IMG/VR virus record: IMGVR_UViG_3300032893_000015
Span: 1 to 64,000 of that record
Source of the DNA: a virus
Direction: 5' to 3' (one strand)
DNA length: 64,000 nt
Shown here piece by piece: positions 27,285 to 36,534 of the stretch; within the stretch, counting starts at the first letter, position 1; each line of letters starts with the position of its first letter. A model generated the notes under the pieces. The model had not been told where the DNA came from, made no database searches, and saw only the letters and a list, made by a program, of their open reading frames with translations. The position numbers and the translations under genes are program-made.

Positions 27285-30274
27285 CACCTGTCCATGACCG
27301 AGCCACCCTGTTGCCCGTCGTCCTTCTCGCGCTCCCTGGTCGTCAGGCCCCATTCCCTCGCCTGCTGCTGCGCAAAGTACGCCGCCATGAGCACGTCGTT
27401 GGTGTGCTTGTCGGGCACGAACTCGATGCACGCATCCACGAACCTCTGCACGATCGGTGGACACACCCCCCGGTCGTCGTTCGGAATGAGCCACGCCCCG
27501 TTCATGATCTCCAGGAACAACCCGGGGATGCCCATCTCCGGGTGCGCTTTCATCGCCGTCGTCGTGTGCGGCTTCACGGGCAAGCTCGCATCGTCATCCA
27601 GCGCGAACTGCCGGAAGAGATCCTGCGCGTTGTGCACGACCATGTCCTCGACGACGAACGACTCGTCATCCTCCACCTCCAAATTCCAAACGTCCATTCC
27701 CGGCTCGATATGGAACGCTGGCGATGCCAACCGCGACCACGGCTTCCCCATCTCATCCCACACGACCGCCCCGCCGCTGTTCCGGCGCTCCCCGATCCAG
27801 ATCCCACCTCGTTGCCGTTCCCAGTGTTCCCGCTCCACTCCCAACCGCATCCTGCGCCATAGCTCCCCGCTGTCTTGCGCAGGCAACCGTAGTTCGTACT
27901 GCGGGTGCCTGCCGTAGATGACCCTCCCGTCCGCGAGTGTCTTGTCCCTGGTGGGTGCCACCTTCAACGCCGGTCGCCACCCTGCCTCGAGCAACGTGGC
28001 GCGCGCAAAGAGCATCCAGTCGCGCGAGATGCTCACCCCCGAAAAGTAAAACGCCTGCCACCGGGTCCGCTGATTGTTCCTCCGCAAGCACCCGTCCCCC
28101 ATCAGCCACCCACGCACCATCGCCAGGCGCACCTCGAGTGGCCACCCGTACCACTCCGTCGGGGGACGTTTGGTGTTGCTCTTCCCGAACTCCCCGAGCA
28201 CCGCCGCCAACCCCTTGCTATGCGCCCTCACGCGCAGCGTTCCCTCGCCCTTCGCCCTTCCCGTCGCCCGCCTGCCCAACACCCGTTCCAGCGTCTCCTC
28301 GACGAACCCCACCAAGTGACTTTCCCCCTCGCCGAACGTCCAGAACGACTGGCTGTCGCTGGAGTGTCCTTCGGCCATGTAGAGCCCGAGCATCAACGCC
28401 ACCCCTTCGTCCACGGGCACCGTCTCGGCAGCAGTATTGCGGTTGCCCTCCAAGTGCAAAAACGGCGCGCTCGCCTCCCACTTCGGTGCCGCCAACGCCA
28501 CGAACGCCTCCCTGTCGGCGAACCCGCCGCTGATCCATCGTTCGGGCCCCACGGGCCGATGTTGCCCCCCCTTCCTTCCCGGCGTTCTGCCCGCCTCCCG
28601 CATCAGGAACGAATGCGTCGGCGACGCTTGCACGGCAACACCCCCCTTCGCTCTCACATGCGTCGTGAACGGCTGCGGCGTGGGCCCCATCACTTTCGTG
28701 ACCGGCCGCCATCTTCCCGCGTGCGTCCACACGAGCACCCCCGGCCGCAGCGTCTCGATGGGTCGGTACCCCCCGTGCGTGAGTACGTTCGTCCCCGCGG
28801 CGAAGCAAGCGTTGTTCTCCACACGCGCCACCTGCACGCCGTACCGGCTGATGTTGTTCTTCAGGCGGTGCATGTTCGACGGCCCGTCCCACTTCCCCGC
28901 CTCGATGTTCAGGATCTGCCTCGTCCCGTCCGGGTGACAGGCGATGGTGAAGAATGCCGTGTCGTCGTTGTGCTCGCCCACCTGTATCGCGAGGTCCACT
29001 CCCGTGAACACGATGACGTCGGGGTTCGCCTGCCAGTCGAAGCGGTCTACGAGCGTGTGGATGCCTCGCTCGCGCGCCCTCTTCTTGCAGAACTCGATCC
29101 ACTCCGGCTTGCACATCGCCGTGGTGAAGTCGAACGCCACCTGCATGAAGTCCTGATTCCACGTATGGGGCAGGAACTTGCTGGCCCGGAGCTTCTTCAG
29201 GTACCAGGCCGGATACCGCTCGGGCCACAGTGGCACCTCCCCCTTGGGGTCGGGTTCGTGCACTTTCAGCCGGCAGTACGGCGTTCCACTCGGTGCGTAG
29301 TGGTCCGTGGGCTCCAGGTCTTCGTGGTCCCAGTACGTCCCCCCGTCCACCCGCATGTACGGGTCGATGTCGTCTCGGATCTCGATGTTCCCGTCCACCT
29401 GCATGCGCAGGGTCGCGAAGCCCTTTCTGATGGCCATATGCACGACGTCCTGCGGATGCCGGGCGGTATTGAGGATGGCCACCTTGCTCTCGTCCACGTT
29501 GGTCATCGTCCCGAGCACCGACCGGTCCACGATCTCGATGACCTTGTTGCGTTGCTCCTCGGTGGCGGTGTTTTCGTCGTTGAGCAGGTCGTCGAGTATG
29601 ACCCAGTCGAGCCTCCTTCCGAGCACCGCGCTGTCGAGGCCGAGGGCAACTAGCGACGGGTCACGTATGCCCATCGGCCGGCGCACCGTGAACTTGTCCA
29701 CGGTCCACGGGTCCCCCTTCTGCGTGCTGCGTATGAGCTCGGGGAACACCAATCGCAGGCGTGGTGACTGCTCGATGTACTGCTTGCACATCGCCAGCGG
29801 CTTGAGCGCCTGCCCCTGCGTCGCGCTCATGATGGCCCCGCGTAGGTGCGGATACTTCCCCAACATGAAGAGCGTAATGGCCACGACGTCGAAGCTCTTC
29901 GAGTGGTCGCGCGGGAGCATGCTCACGCTCCTGCGGTGCGCCATGACAAAGTCCAGGTGCACGCGTTGGTGCGCCGCCGCGGTGATGTGATCGCCGGGCT
30001 TGTACCTCTTCTGCCCTCGGTCTTCCTCCGCGTCTCGGCTGAGCGTGGTGGTACTCGCGCTCTCCGCCTGCATGACGAAGTTGAAAAACGGGACGATGTT
30101 GTGGCGGGCCTTGGTGGCCCTTCGTAGCAGCAGCTCCTGGACCCTACGTACTATCGCCGGGTCCTTGCCCTTGGCCAGGAGCTCCGCTCCGCTCGGCCAC
30201 CGCGTCGGCTTGTCTCGGTGCTCGTCGCAGTCCTTCTTGTACGTGCCACAGGGGCAAAGCTCGAACGCTTCCAT
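27284..30274 (-). CDS. terL: terminase large subunit with intein
   Basis: PRDHSKS (Walker A-like), GRRLDWVILDD (Walker B), nuclease motifs GVDLA..DDTA and HTNDVLMA. Confidence 0.9.
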   Translation of the reverse strand: MEAFELCPCGTYKKDCDEHRDKPTRWPSGAELLAKGKDPAIVRRVQELLLRRATKARHNIVPFFNFVMQAESASTTTLSRDAEEDRGQKRYKPGDHITAAAHQRVHLDFVMAHRRSVSMLPRDHSKSFDVVAITLFMLGKYPHLRGAIMSATQGQALKPLAMCKQYIEQSPRLRLVFPELIRSTQKGDPWTVDKFTVRRPMGIRDPSLVALGLDSAVLGRRLDWVILDDLLNDENTATEEQRNKVIEIVDRSVLGTMTNVDESKVAILNTARHPQDVVHMAIRKGFATLRMQVDGNIEIRDDIDPYMRVDGGTYWDHEDLEPTDHYAPSGTPYCRLKVHEPDPKGEVPLWPERYPAWYLKKLRASKFLPHTWNQDFMQVAFDFTTAMCKPEWIEFCKKRARERGIHTLVDRFDWQANPDVIVFTGVDLAIQVGEHNDDTAFFTIACHPDGTRQILNIEAGKWDGPSNMHRLKNNISRYGVQVARVENNACFAAGTNVLTHGGYRPIETLRPGVLVWTHAGRWRPVTKVMGPTPQPFTTHVRAKGGVAVQASPTHSFLMREAGRTPGRKGGQHRPVGPERWISGGFADREAFVALAAPKWEASAPFLHLEGNRNTAAETVPVDEGVALMLGLYMAEGHSSDSQSFWTFGEGESHLVGFVEETLERVLGRRATGRAKGEGTLRVRAHSKGLAAVLGEFGKSNTKRPPTEWYGWPLEVRLAMVRGWLMGDGCLRRNNQRTRWQAFYFSGVSISRDWMLFARATLLEAGWRPALKVAPTRDKTLADGRVIYGRHPQYELRLPAQDSGELWRRMRLGVEREHWERQRGGIWIGERRNSGGAVVWDEMGKPWSRLASPAFHIEPGMDVWNLEVEDDESFVVEDMVVHNAQDLFRQFALDDDASLPVKPHTTTAMKAHPEMGIPGLFLEIMNGAWLIPNDDRGVCPPIVQRFVDACIEFVPDKHTNDVLMAAYFAQQQAREWGLTTREREKDDGQQGGSVMDR
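27629..28807 (-). mobile_element. intein with LAGLIDADG endonuclease in the terminase nuclease domain; +1 residue is Ala
   Basis: VENNA|CFAAGT...LGLYMAEG...GWLMGDG...VWNLEVEDDESFVVEDMVVHN|AQD; 393 aa. Confidence 0.9.
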
Positions 30275-30781
30275 TCCCCCCGGAGTCTAGATCGCCTTTG
30301 AACGCCCCCTCGTAGAAGTACCCGAAGGGCGACACCCTCGTTAGCTCCTCTTTGCTCATCCACTTCACCGGTCTTCCCGGCTCGCCTTCTCGTGGCTCCC
30401 CTTCCGCCTTCAGCCCGTGTGCTTGGGCTCCCTGCTGGCTCATGCCTTCCCTCTTGCCGCCCTCTTGGCGCGCGCCCTCTCTATGGGGACCACTTCCGCC
30501 CGGTGTTGTTGCTCTCTTCGGGTGACCGTCTGCACGCCCGCCCTGATGCCCACGTAGCCATCGCCTCCGTGCACGACACACACGATGCGGCACGGCCCCC
30601 CTCGCATCACCTCCCGCACCACCTGCCCGACGATCTCTCCGATGCCTCTGGTGGTGGGCTTACGTCGCAACCTCCTGAGCCTCTGCACCACCTCGTCGCA
30701 GACCAAGTCCTCGAGCTCGCGTTCTCTGCCTGCACCCATTGTCGTGCAGGATACGCCCAAAGCTTGCGCTTCTGAGGAGGC

Positions 30782-31462
30782 TTACCGAACGTGCGCGCTT
30801 ATGAGTGTGAGCACCGCGTCCACCTTCCGCCTGCTGGCCTCCGGGTTGTCCTCGGTTCGCGCTTCGTTCAGGTAAAGCCTGGCCCTCTTCATGACATCCT
30901 GGAGCACATCTCGTTGTGTCCTGGTGTCCTCGAGATCCTTCCGCACTAGCAGCAGGGTAAGGGACTCACTTTTTCCTTGGCTGATCTCGTCCAACGTCCT
31001 TTGCAACTCCTCCGCCCTCTTCTCTGCTTTGGTCAGCTTGTCGAGCAACCGCCACGCCTCCTCTTCGCGTTCGGGACCGGGTTGTGCCAGCTGCCGTAAG
31101 CGCTTCGCCGCTTCGCCCGACTTCTCTGGGGTGTACCCCGGTCCCCAGCAGTAAAGGTCCGCTTCCATCGCCGCCAACGACAACGCCGCTAGTTGCGCGT
31201 GCGCGACGGTCAACGCCTTGGTGTACGCGATCACTATCTGATGGCGTTCTTTCGCCAGCTCCCTCCACCTTCTGTCCACTCCCCCGATCTTGGAGTCGGG
31301 GTAATTGGTCTCCGTAACAGGCACCGATCCCTCCGGATACTCCACCCACTTGTACTTCTTCTTCAGCCAGTCAAAGGACCTCTCCTCCGCCTTCTTGCTG
31401 TCCACTCCTCCACTCTCCGTGACTTGGTACTGGTCTTCTTCCTTCGGCATGTCCGTGGTCAT
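30782..31462 (-). CDS. hypothetical coiled-coil protein
   Basis: ORF between the putative terS and terL. Confidence 0.6.
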   Translation of the reverse strand: MTTDMPKEEDQYQVTESGGVDSKKAEERSFDWLKKKYKWVEYPEGSVPVTETNYPDSKIGGVDRRWRELAKERHQIVIAYTKALTVAHAQLAALSLAAMEADLYCWGPGYTPEKSGEAAKRLRQLAQPGPEREEEAWRLLDKLTKAEKRAEELQRTLDEISQGKSESLTLLLVRKDLEDTRTQRDVLQDVMKRARLYLNEARTEDNPEASRRKVDAVLTLISAHVR

Positions 31463-31474
31463 GCCTTGGGTGGG

Positions 31475-31496
31475 ATTGGAAACCCGGGTTTCCAAT
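31475..31496. repeat. 22-bp palindrome, copy 6
   Basis: exact match; immediately after the stop of 31497..32177. Confidence 0.97.
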
Positions 31497-32177
31497 TCAC
31501 TCCGCGTTGCCGTCTGGCTTGCCGTTGAGCATCGGATGCTCCCCTTCCTGTTGCTTGCGCCACGCCTCCGCCGCCGCCTCTTCCTCCAGGCTCTCCTGCA
31601 CCATCTCCTGCATGTCTTCGGGGCTGAGATTCGCAAAGGAATGCAGCAGCGCTTGGCTCACTTGCACGTGCGCTTGCACAACGAGATCCACTTCGAGAGG
31701 CAAATAAGCGCCCGTTAGTTGGGCCAGGTGTTCTTGCAGTCGGATCTTCTGCGCATACAGTCCCGTGACCCTTGCTACCCGATTCTGCTGCGTGGCCAGC
31801 CTCTCCTCTTGGAGGATCCTGTTGGTGAGGCGGGCGATGTCCGCCTTGGCTGCTTGTGTCTGTTGCTCGCGTTCTTGTTGCCGGGCTCCAATCGATTCGG
31901 CGGCCCACTGCTCCCTGACCTTGACGATGAGCTTCTTGGTCCGAAGATGCCCGACTCCATGCGCCTGCTGCATCGCCCTGACGATGGCTCGGGTGTTGTG
32001 GAACTGCGCCAGCAGCTCCGACACCATCTGCATCTGCGCTTCGTGCTCTTCCCTCGTCCAGATCTTGGGCTTGTTCGCTGCGAGGTATTCGGAGGCTTTC
32101 CTCCTCCCTTCCCTCTGCAGCTCTTCGGACAGTTGATGCTTGGGGGGACCGTTGCCTCTACCTGCTCTGCGCCTCAT
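31497..32177 (-). CDS. putative terminase small subunit
   Basis: basic N-terminus, HTH-like then helical, LSPEDMQE-type tail; upstream of terL (partly positional inference). Confidence 0.5.
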   Translation of the reverse strand: MRRRAGRGNGPPKHQLSEELQREGRRKASEYLAANKPKIWTREEHEAQMQMVSELLAQFHNTRAIVRAMQQAHGVGHLRTKKLIVKVREQWAAESIGARQQEREQQTQAAKADIARLTNRILQEERLATQQNRVARVTGLYAQKIRLQEHLAQLTGAYLPLEVDLVVQAHVQVSQALLHSFANLSPEDMQEMVQESLEEEAAAEAWRKQQEGEHPMLNGKPDGNAE

Positions 32178-32461
32178 TCCTGGGTGAGGGTAGCAGGCGT
32201 CGTTGCCTTTTTCCGGATGACGATGGTATCGCAGGCCAGCTCATGGATCCGTCGAAGCATCTTGCGCTCCTCCGCTCGCTGCTTGGCGAAGTCCGCCAGG
32301 GCATCCGTCAGTTGCGCAAAGAGAACGCCCTCGGTAAGGACCCTGCGTAGTAGGTAGCCACGGATGCGTCGGTTCTGGAGGATGACGTTCTCCGCCTTCG
32401 CGATGATGGGGTCCGGGAGCAGCTCGAAGCATTCATCGGGTTCGAGGTGAAAGGGATTCAT
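32174..32461 (-). CDS. hypothetical protein
   Basis: ATGA overlaps at both ends. Confidence 0.55.
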   Translation of the reverse strand: MNPFHLEPDECFELLPDPIIAKAENVILQNRRIRGYLLRRVLTEGVLFAQLTDALADFAKQRAEERKMLRRIHELACDTIVIRKKATTPATLTQE

Positions 32462-33659
32462 GTGCCGCTCTTCGTCGCCTCGTCTGCCAAAACCCCTCCG
32501 CAACGGCCCGACGTCTCCTCCAGCGCCGCCACGAGGGCGCGAAGAGGGGCGGCGTACATAAGTTGACTCGTGCCGTAGGCGTGTCGTTCGCATCGCCTCG
32601 TCCACCCATGGTAGGTGGCTGGCAAGTCGCACTCGCTGCACCTCGGCAGCGCATCGACGAGCGCCTTGGCGAGCGCGCGGAAGTCGGGGTTACTCATCGT
32701 CAAGCACCGCCTTCTTGAGGTTCTCCCACGCGCACGTCGGACAGATTGGCCGTCGCGGGATCAGCCGCTCCGACCATGGAGGCCCGACCGGCTCGCCGCA
32801 TTTCCAGCAAGGGGCGTCGTCGGGCCAGGGACCGAGCTTCGGCGGAGCGGGCGAGTCGGGCTCGGTCATCGTGTTGCCTTCCGTTCGCACGCCTCGCAAA
32901 GCTCGATCTCGTCGAGCACGCAGCGCACCGTCTCGGCATGGGACGCCCAGAAGTTCGCGGCCTGCGCATCGCCGCTCTCCTTCGCAGCCGCCATTCCCAT
33001 CATGTAGATCACATGCGCCTGTTCGAGGGCCATTCGTACGGTCCAGGTCACGGCGTGCCCTCCGGCTCTGCATGCGGCATTTTGGTCACTCCTTCGCGGG
33101 CGGGACCGATGCGTCCTCCCGTGATATCGCCTCGTCGTGTCCGTCTCTCTCCGCCGGTTCGCAATCGAATGCGATGCAACGGCCCCACTGGAAATCGGGT
33201 AGGCACGGCTCCCCATCGGCACGACCGCAGCCTATGCACACCGAGAACGGCGGCGTGTCCGCGCGCCGGACGATCGGGATACGCCGCAAAAGCTTCCGCA
33301 TCTTCGCGACCTGCGCTTCGGCGGCGTCGAATCGCTTGGCATACGCGATCAGCAGGCCTGCGAGCTGCTCCGGGGTCATTGCCCGCACCTGCACTCGGCT
33401 TCGGAGTCCAGCATCGCGGGACACGGCGGGTGGTGACCGGGGCGCACGCGGGGCTTTTGCTGCTCGATTCGGAGGCGCGCCTCGAGCTCGGCCACACGCG
33501 CTCGGAGCCGATCGATCTCCTCGCACAATGCGAGGTTCGGCGTGACGCACACTTCGGTCATCTCCCCACCCTCGTGAACGCCGATGCCCTCTGCAGGCGC
33601 CAGCGCGTTGCCCTCGATGCGTGCGTCCGTCAGTTCCGCCTTCGTGTCGATCAGGTCGG

Positions 33660-34211
33660 TCATGGCTCCTCGAATTGCTTGTGTGCCCGACTGGCCACCG
33701 GCCCTATCGCTCCCTCGCCCTGGTAGTTGCCTTTGTACAGGGCCACCTCCCCAAAGAGCATGTGGAACCGCATCTGCGCTATGCGCATCCCGGCGTAAAT
33801 GCGCACGGGATACACGGTCGTCACCTCTAGCGTGTACTGACCATCGAACCCTGGATCGCCGTAGCCGGCGGTCTGGTGCACCGACACGAAAAGTCTCCCG
33901 AGGGAACTCTTCCCATCCAGCACCGGTACGTAGTGGTCGGTGCGGACGCGCTCGCGCGTGTGCATCAGGTACCCCTCCTCTGGCTGAAGGACAAAGCCAT
34001 CCTCCCCGATGGTCTCGTAATACATCCCTACAGGCCTTCGTATGTCGTACACGAAGCTAAAACCGGTGCCCCTTCTTGCACGGACCCACCCCACCTTGTC
34101 CCCCAGCGTCAGGTCGTAGCTCGCTGGGTTGATGTGCTTGGGTTCGAAGGGATCGATCGTGATGCGATCCGCGTTCACTTGGCGCTGTATCTCCGGTCCC
34201 GTGAGAATCAT
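33660..34211 (-). CDS. dcd: dCTP deaminase
   Basis: INPASYDLTLG, GKSSLGRL, TAGYGDPGFDGQYTLE, RIAQM. Confidence 0.95.
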   Translation of the reverse strand: MILTGPEIQRQVNADRITIDPFEPKHINPASYDLTLGDKVGWVRARRGTGFSFVYDIRRPVGMYYETIGEDGFVLQPEEGYLMHTRERVRTDHYVPVLDGKSSLGRLFVSVHQTAGYGDPGFDGQYTLEVTTVYPVRIYAGMRIAQMRFHMLFGEVALYKGNYQGEGAIGPVASRAHKQFEEP

Positions 34212-34586
34212 GGTCGCCTCTTGCCGCGATAGGGTTCTTCCAGCGCCTTGCGCACGGCTTTCTCTTCTCGCAGTGCGCTGTCCGGCGAACGGCAGCCGAC
34301 GACGCGATAGGTCCTGCCGTCCCGCATGACAAACGTCATCGTCCAGGTGTCATCGTCCCCCTTGTGTATTCCCATCCTCGTCCCTTCCTCGCACGGCATA
34401 CCTATCCACCCTCCTGTACCTTCCGTTCCACAGCGCCAGGGCACGCGCGTCGGGGCGATTGACCCGCAGCAGCTTGTCCCGCTGATACTGCTTCCGCCTC
34501 GCTCTCCTACGTCGCTCGCGCGTGGTGGGCGGGAGTGCCGCATCCCTGCACCCCCTGGTCCCCTCTTTTTCGATCCACCGGAGGGG

Positions 34587-34608
34587 ATTGGAAACCCGGG
34601 TTTCCAAT
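34587..34608. repeat. 22-bp palindrome, copy 7
   Basis: exact match; 2 nt after the stop of 34611..35108. Confidence 0.97.
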
Positions 34609-34610
34609 CC

Positions 34611-35108
34611 TCAGTCCTCGGGCGTTGAGTAGGCGAACGGGGGCTCGGCGTATGGAGTGACCTGTTTGGACCACGCCTCGAACAGGGTCGCGTCCGCCTT
34701 GCTGATGGTGACCTGTCTCGCCTCCCCCACCAGCAGCCCGTAACAGCTCTTGGGGAGCACGTGCCCGTTGCCGGTGAGGGTCGCTTCGAACGCCACGCCC
34801 ACCGCCTCCCACCACACGGTGCTGTTCGCGTCCTCCTTGATGCTCACGAGCACGCGGTCCCCTCTCGCCTGCTCCCACGCCGCAATCCATTCGGGCTTGT
34901 ACACGTCCCCCAACACGACCCAATCCACGAACTCGAGTGCCGCCACTCCAACGTCTACCGTCCCGAGCGCCTCTTCGGGCAAGCCCGCTGCTCTGGCCAC
35001 CGCCCGCACCGCTATGAAGCTCTTGCTTCTTTCGTGTCGCCCGTATTCACCCTTGCTCGTGATGACCGCCGTCTGCACCGCCATCACGAACGCCGTGTGC
35101 CTGTTCAT
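34611..35108 (-). CDS. hypothetical protein
   Basis: ORF on the coding strand. Confidence 0.6.
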   Translation of the reverse strand: MNRHTAFVMAVQTAVITSKGEYGRHERSKSFIAVRAVARAAGLPEEALGTVDVGVAALEFVDWVVLGDVYKPEWIAAWEQARGDRVLVSIKEDANSTVWWEAVGVAFEATLTGNGHVLPKSCYGLLVGEARQVTISKADATLFEAWSKQVTPYAEPPFAYSTPED

Positions 35109-35125
35109 CGTTTTGCTCTTGCCGT

Positions 35126-35218
35126 GATCGGCAGCAGGAGTGGCGCGCGGGCCCGCCCAGGTTGGGCAAGGGGGGAGTCCCGGGTGCCAGGTACCGCGCG
35201 CCGCTGCTGCCGCCGATC
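35126..35218. other. intergenic 25-bp imperfect inverted repeat enclosing 43 nt
   Basis: 35126-35150 pairs with 35194-35218 (22 of 25 Watson-Crick). Confidence 0.6.
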
Positions 35219-35228
35219 GTGTTTTGCT

Positions 35229-35624
35229 TTAGAACCTGCCGCTTTCGATGAGCTCTATCACCGCATCGAACGCTGCCACTCTCCCGGTCTCGTGCTCCTT
35301 ACTACCCCATTCCGCTCTTTCCAAATAATCCGCCGTCCCCCGTCTCCACGCCTTCACCGTCTTCAGCACCGCCTGGAGTGACTTCGTCTTGTCGCGCTGT
35401 TCGGCTCTCGTGCCGCACTCGTGACACTTTGTTGCTTTCGCTCCGCACGAGCAAAAGGACGCTGCTGTCTTGGCGATGACGAGCACCCCTCCGCTCGTGC
35501 ACGCCTGGCACATATGCACCAGGCGTAGCCTCCCCTTCTCGACGACGTACGCCAACTTCCCCACCCGGTACTCGCCCCCGCACACCTTGCACTGCCTCAT
35601 CTTCCCCTTGCCCTTCGTCCCCAC
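35229..35624 (-). CDS. multi-Cys zinc-binding protein
   Basis: CKVC, CQAC, CSC, CHEC. Confidence 0.65.
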   Translation of the reverse strand: MGTKGKGKMRQCKVCGGEYRVGKLAYVVEKGRLRLVHMCQACTSGGVLVIAKTAASFCSCGAKATKCHECGTRAEQRDKTKSLQAVLKTVKAWRRGTADYLERAEWGSKEHETGRVAAFDAVIELIESGRF

Positions 35625-36005
35625 CGCTGGCCTCCTCCCCCTTTAGCGTTGCTTCGCCCGCTCCACGAGCGGCCCTGTCACCCACACTGGCATCTCCTCG
35701 GTCACCTCGTCGTCGCTCGGCCACGGCTCGCATGGCGGAACCGACTTCAGCTTCACCGTTGGCGTCTCTCCGAGCCAATCGAGCACGCTGTCGACGCTCT
35801 CGCGGTCGATGACGTCACCGCTATTCATCCCCACCCCGCGTCGCGCGGGAGTCGCGTGCGATGCATCCACACCCCCCGCTTTGCCTTGTTTTCGTATCTC
35901 TTGATCTCGTCCGCATGCTCCCAGTTGGTCCAGTCGGTGAGCCTCGTCCCTATGCTCCCGTTCTGATTCATGCGGTAGACCATCCACCACACCTGCCACA
36001 CGGTT

Positions 36006-36299
36006 TCATCCCCCCTTCTTGTCGCGCAGCTCGAGCAGCTTCCCGAGCGCTTGGTGCAGCCACCGCGCCTGGACCTCCGTCATCGTCACGATCTCGTTCA
36101 GGGACGAACGCATCGTTTGCGCTGTCGGTCGTTCACTCGTCGCCCGTGCCTCCTCCAACTCCACGATCCCGAACTCGTCGGAGTACACAAGCCGCAGCCA
36201 CATCGGCTCGTTCGGACTCGGATACAGATCCGGGTCGTACCGCCTCCAATCGAACTTGGTCGCCGTGGTGTACTTCTGATGCACGATCTCCTTGGTCAT
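36006..36299 (-). CDS. hypothetical protein
   Basis: start preceded by the AAGGGCAAGGG leader. Confidence 0.6.
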   Translation of the reverse strand: MTKEIVHQKYTTATKFDWRRYDPDLYPSPNEPMWLRLVYSDEFGIVELEEARATSERPTAQTMRSSLNEIVTMTEVQARWLHQALGKLLELRDKKGG

Positions 36300-36316
36300 G
36301 TTCCCTTGCCCTTCCG

Positions 36317-36338
36317 ATTGGAAACCCGGGTTTCCAAT
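36317..36338. repeat. 22-bp palindrome, copy 8
   Basis: exact match; intergenic. Confidence 0.97.
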
Positions 36339-36343
36339 CCCCT

Positions 36344-36506
36344 CTGTCACAAGGGACCCACGGACTTATGGGGCCCCGTCTCGGGTCTCCTGGCCTGATC
36401 CAGGATCGGGTTCCGCTCAATTACGGATGACTCAAGACGCTGTTCATCGCCCGTGGGCCCCTTGCGACAGGCGAACCCTCCCCCTTTTCCTCGGAGGGGG
36501 GCTCGC
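36344..36506 (-). ncRNA. candidate structured RNA (20-bp closing stem, internal hairpins, adjacent hairpin)
   Basis: 36344-36363 pairs with 36451-36470; both non-Watson-Crick positions are G-U on the minus strand. Confidence 0.5.
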
Positions 36507-36534
36507 CGGCCATTCTCTTTTGCCGTTTCCTGGC

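Noticed and set aside
4011-28807. Both inteins are exactly 393 aa
   Set aside because: Their sequences are clearly divergent, so equal length is treated as coincidence.
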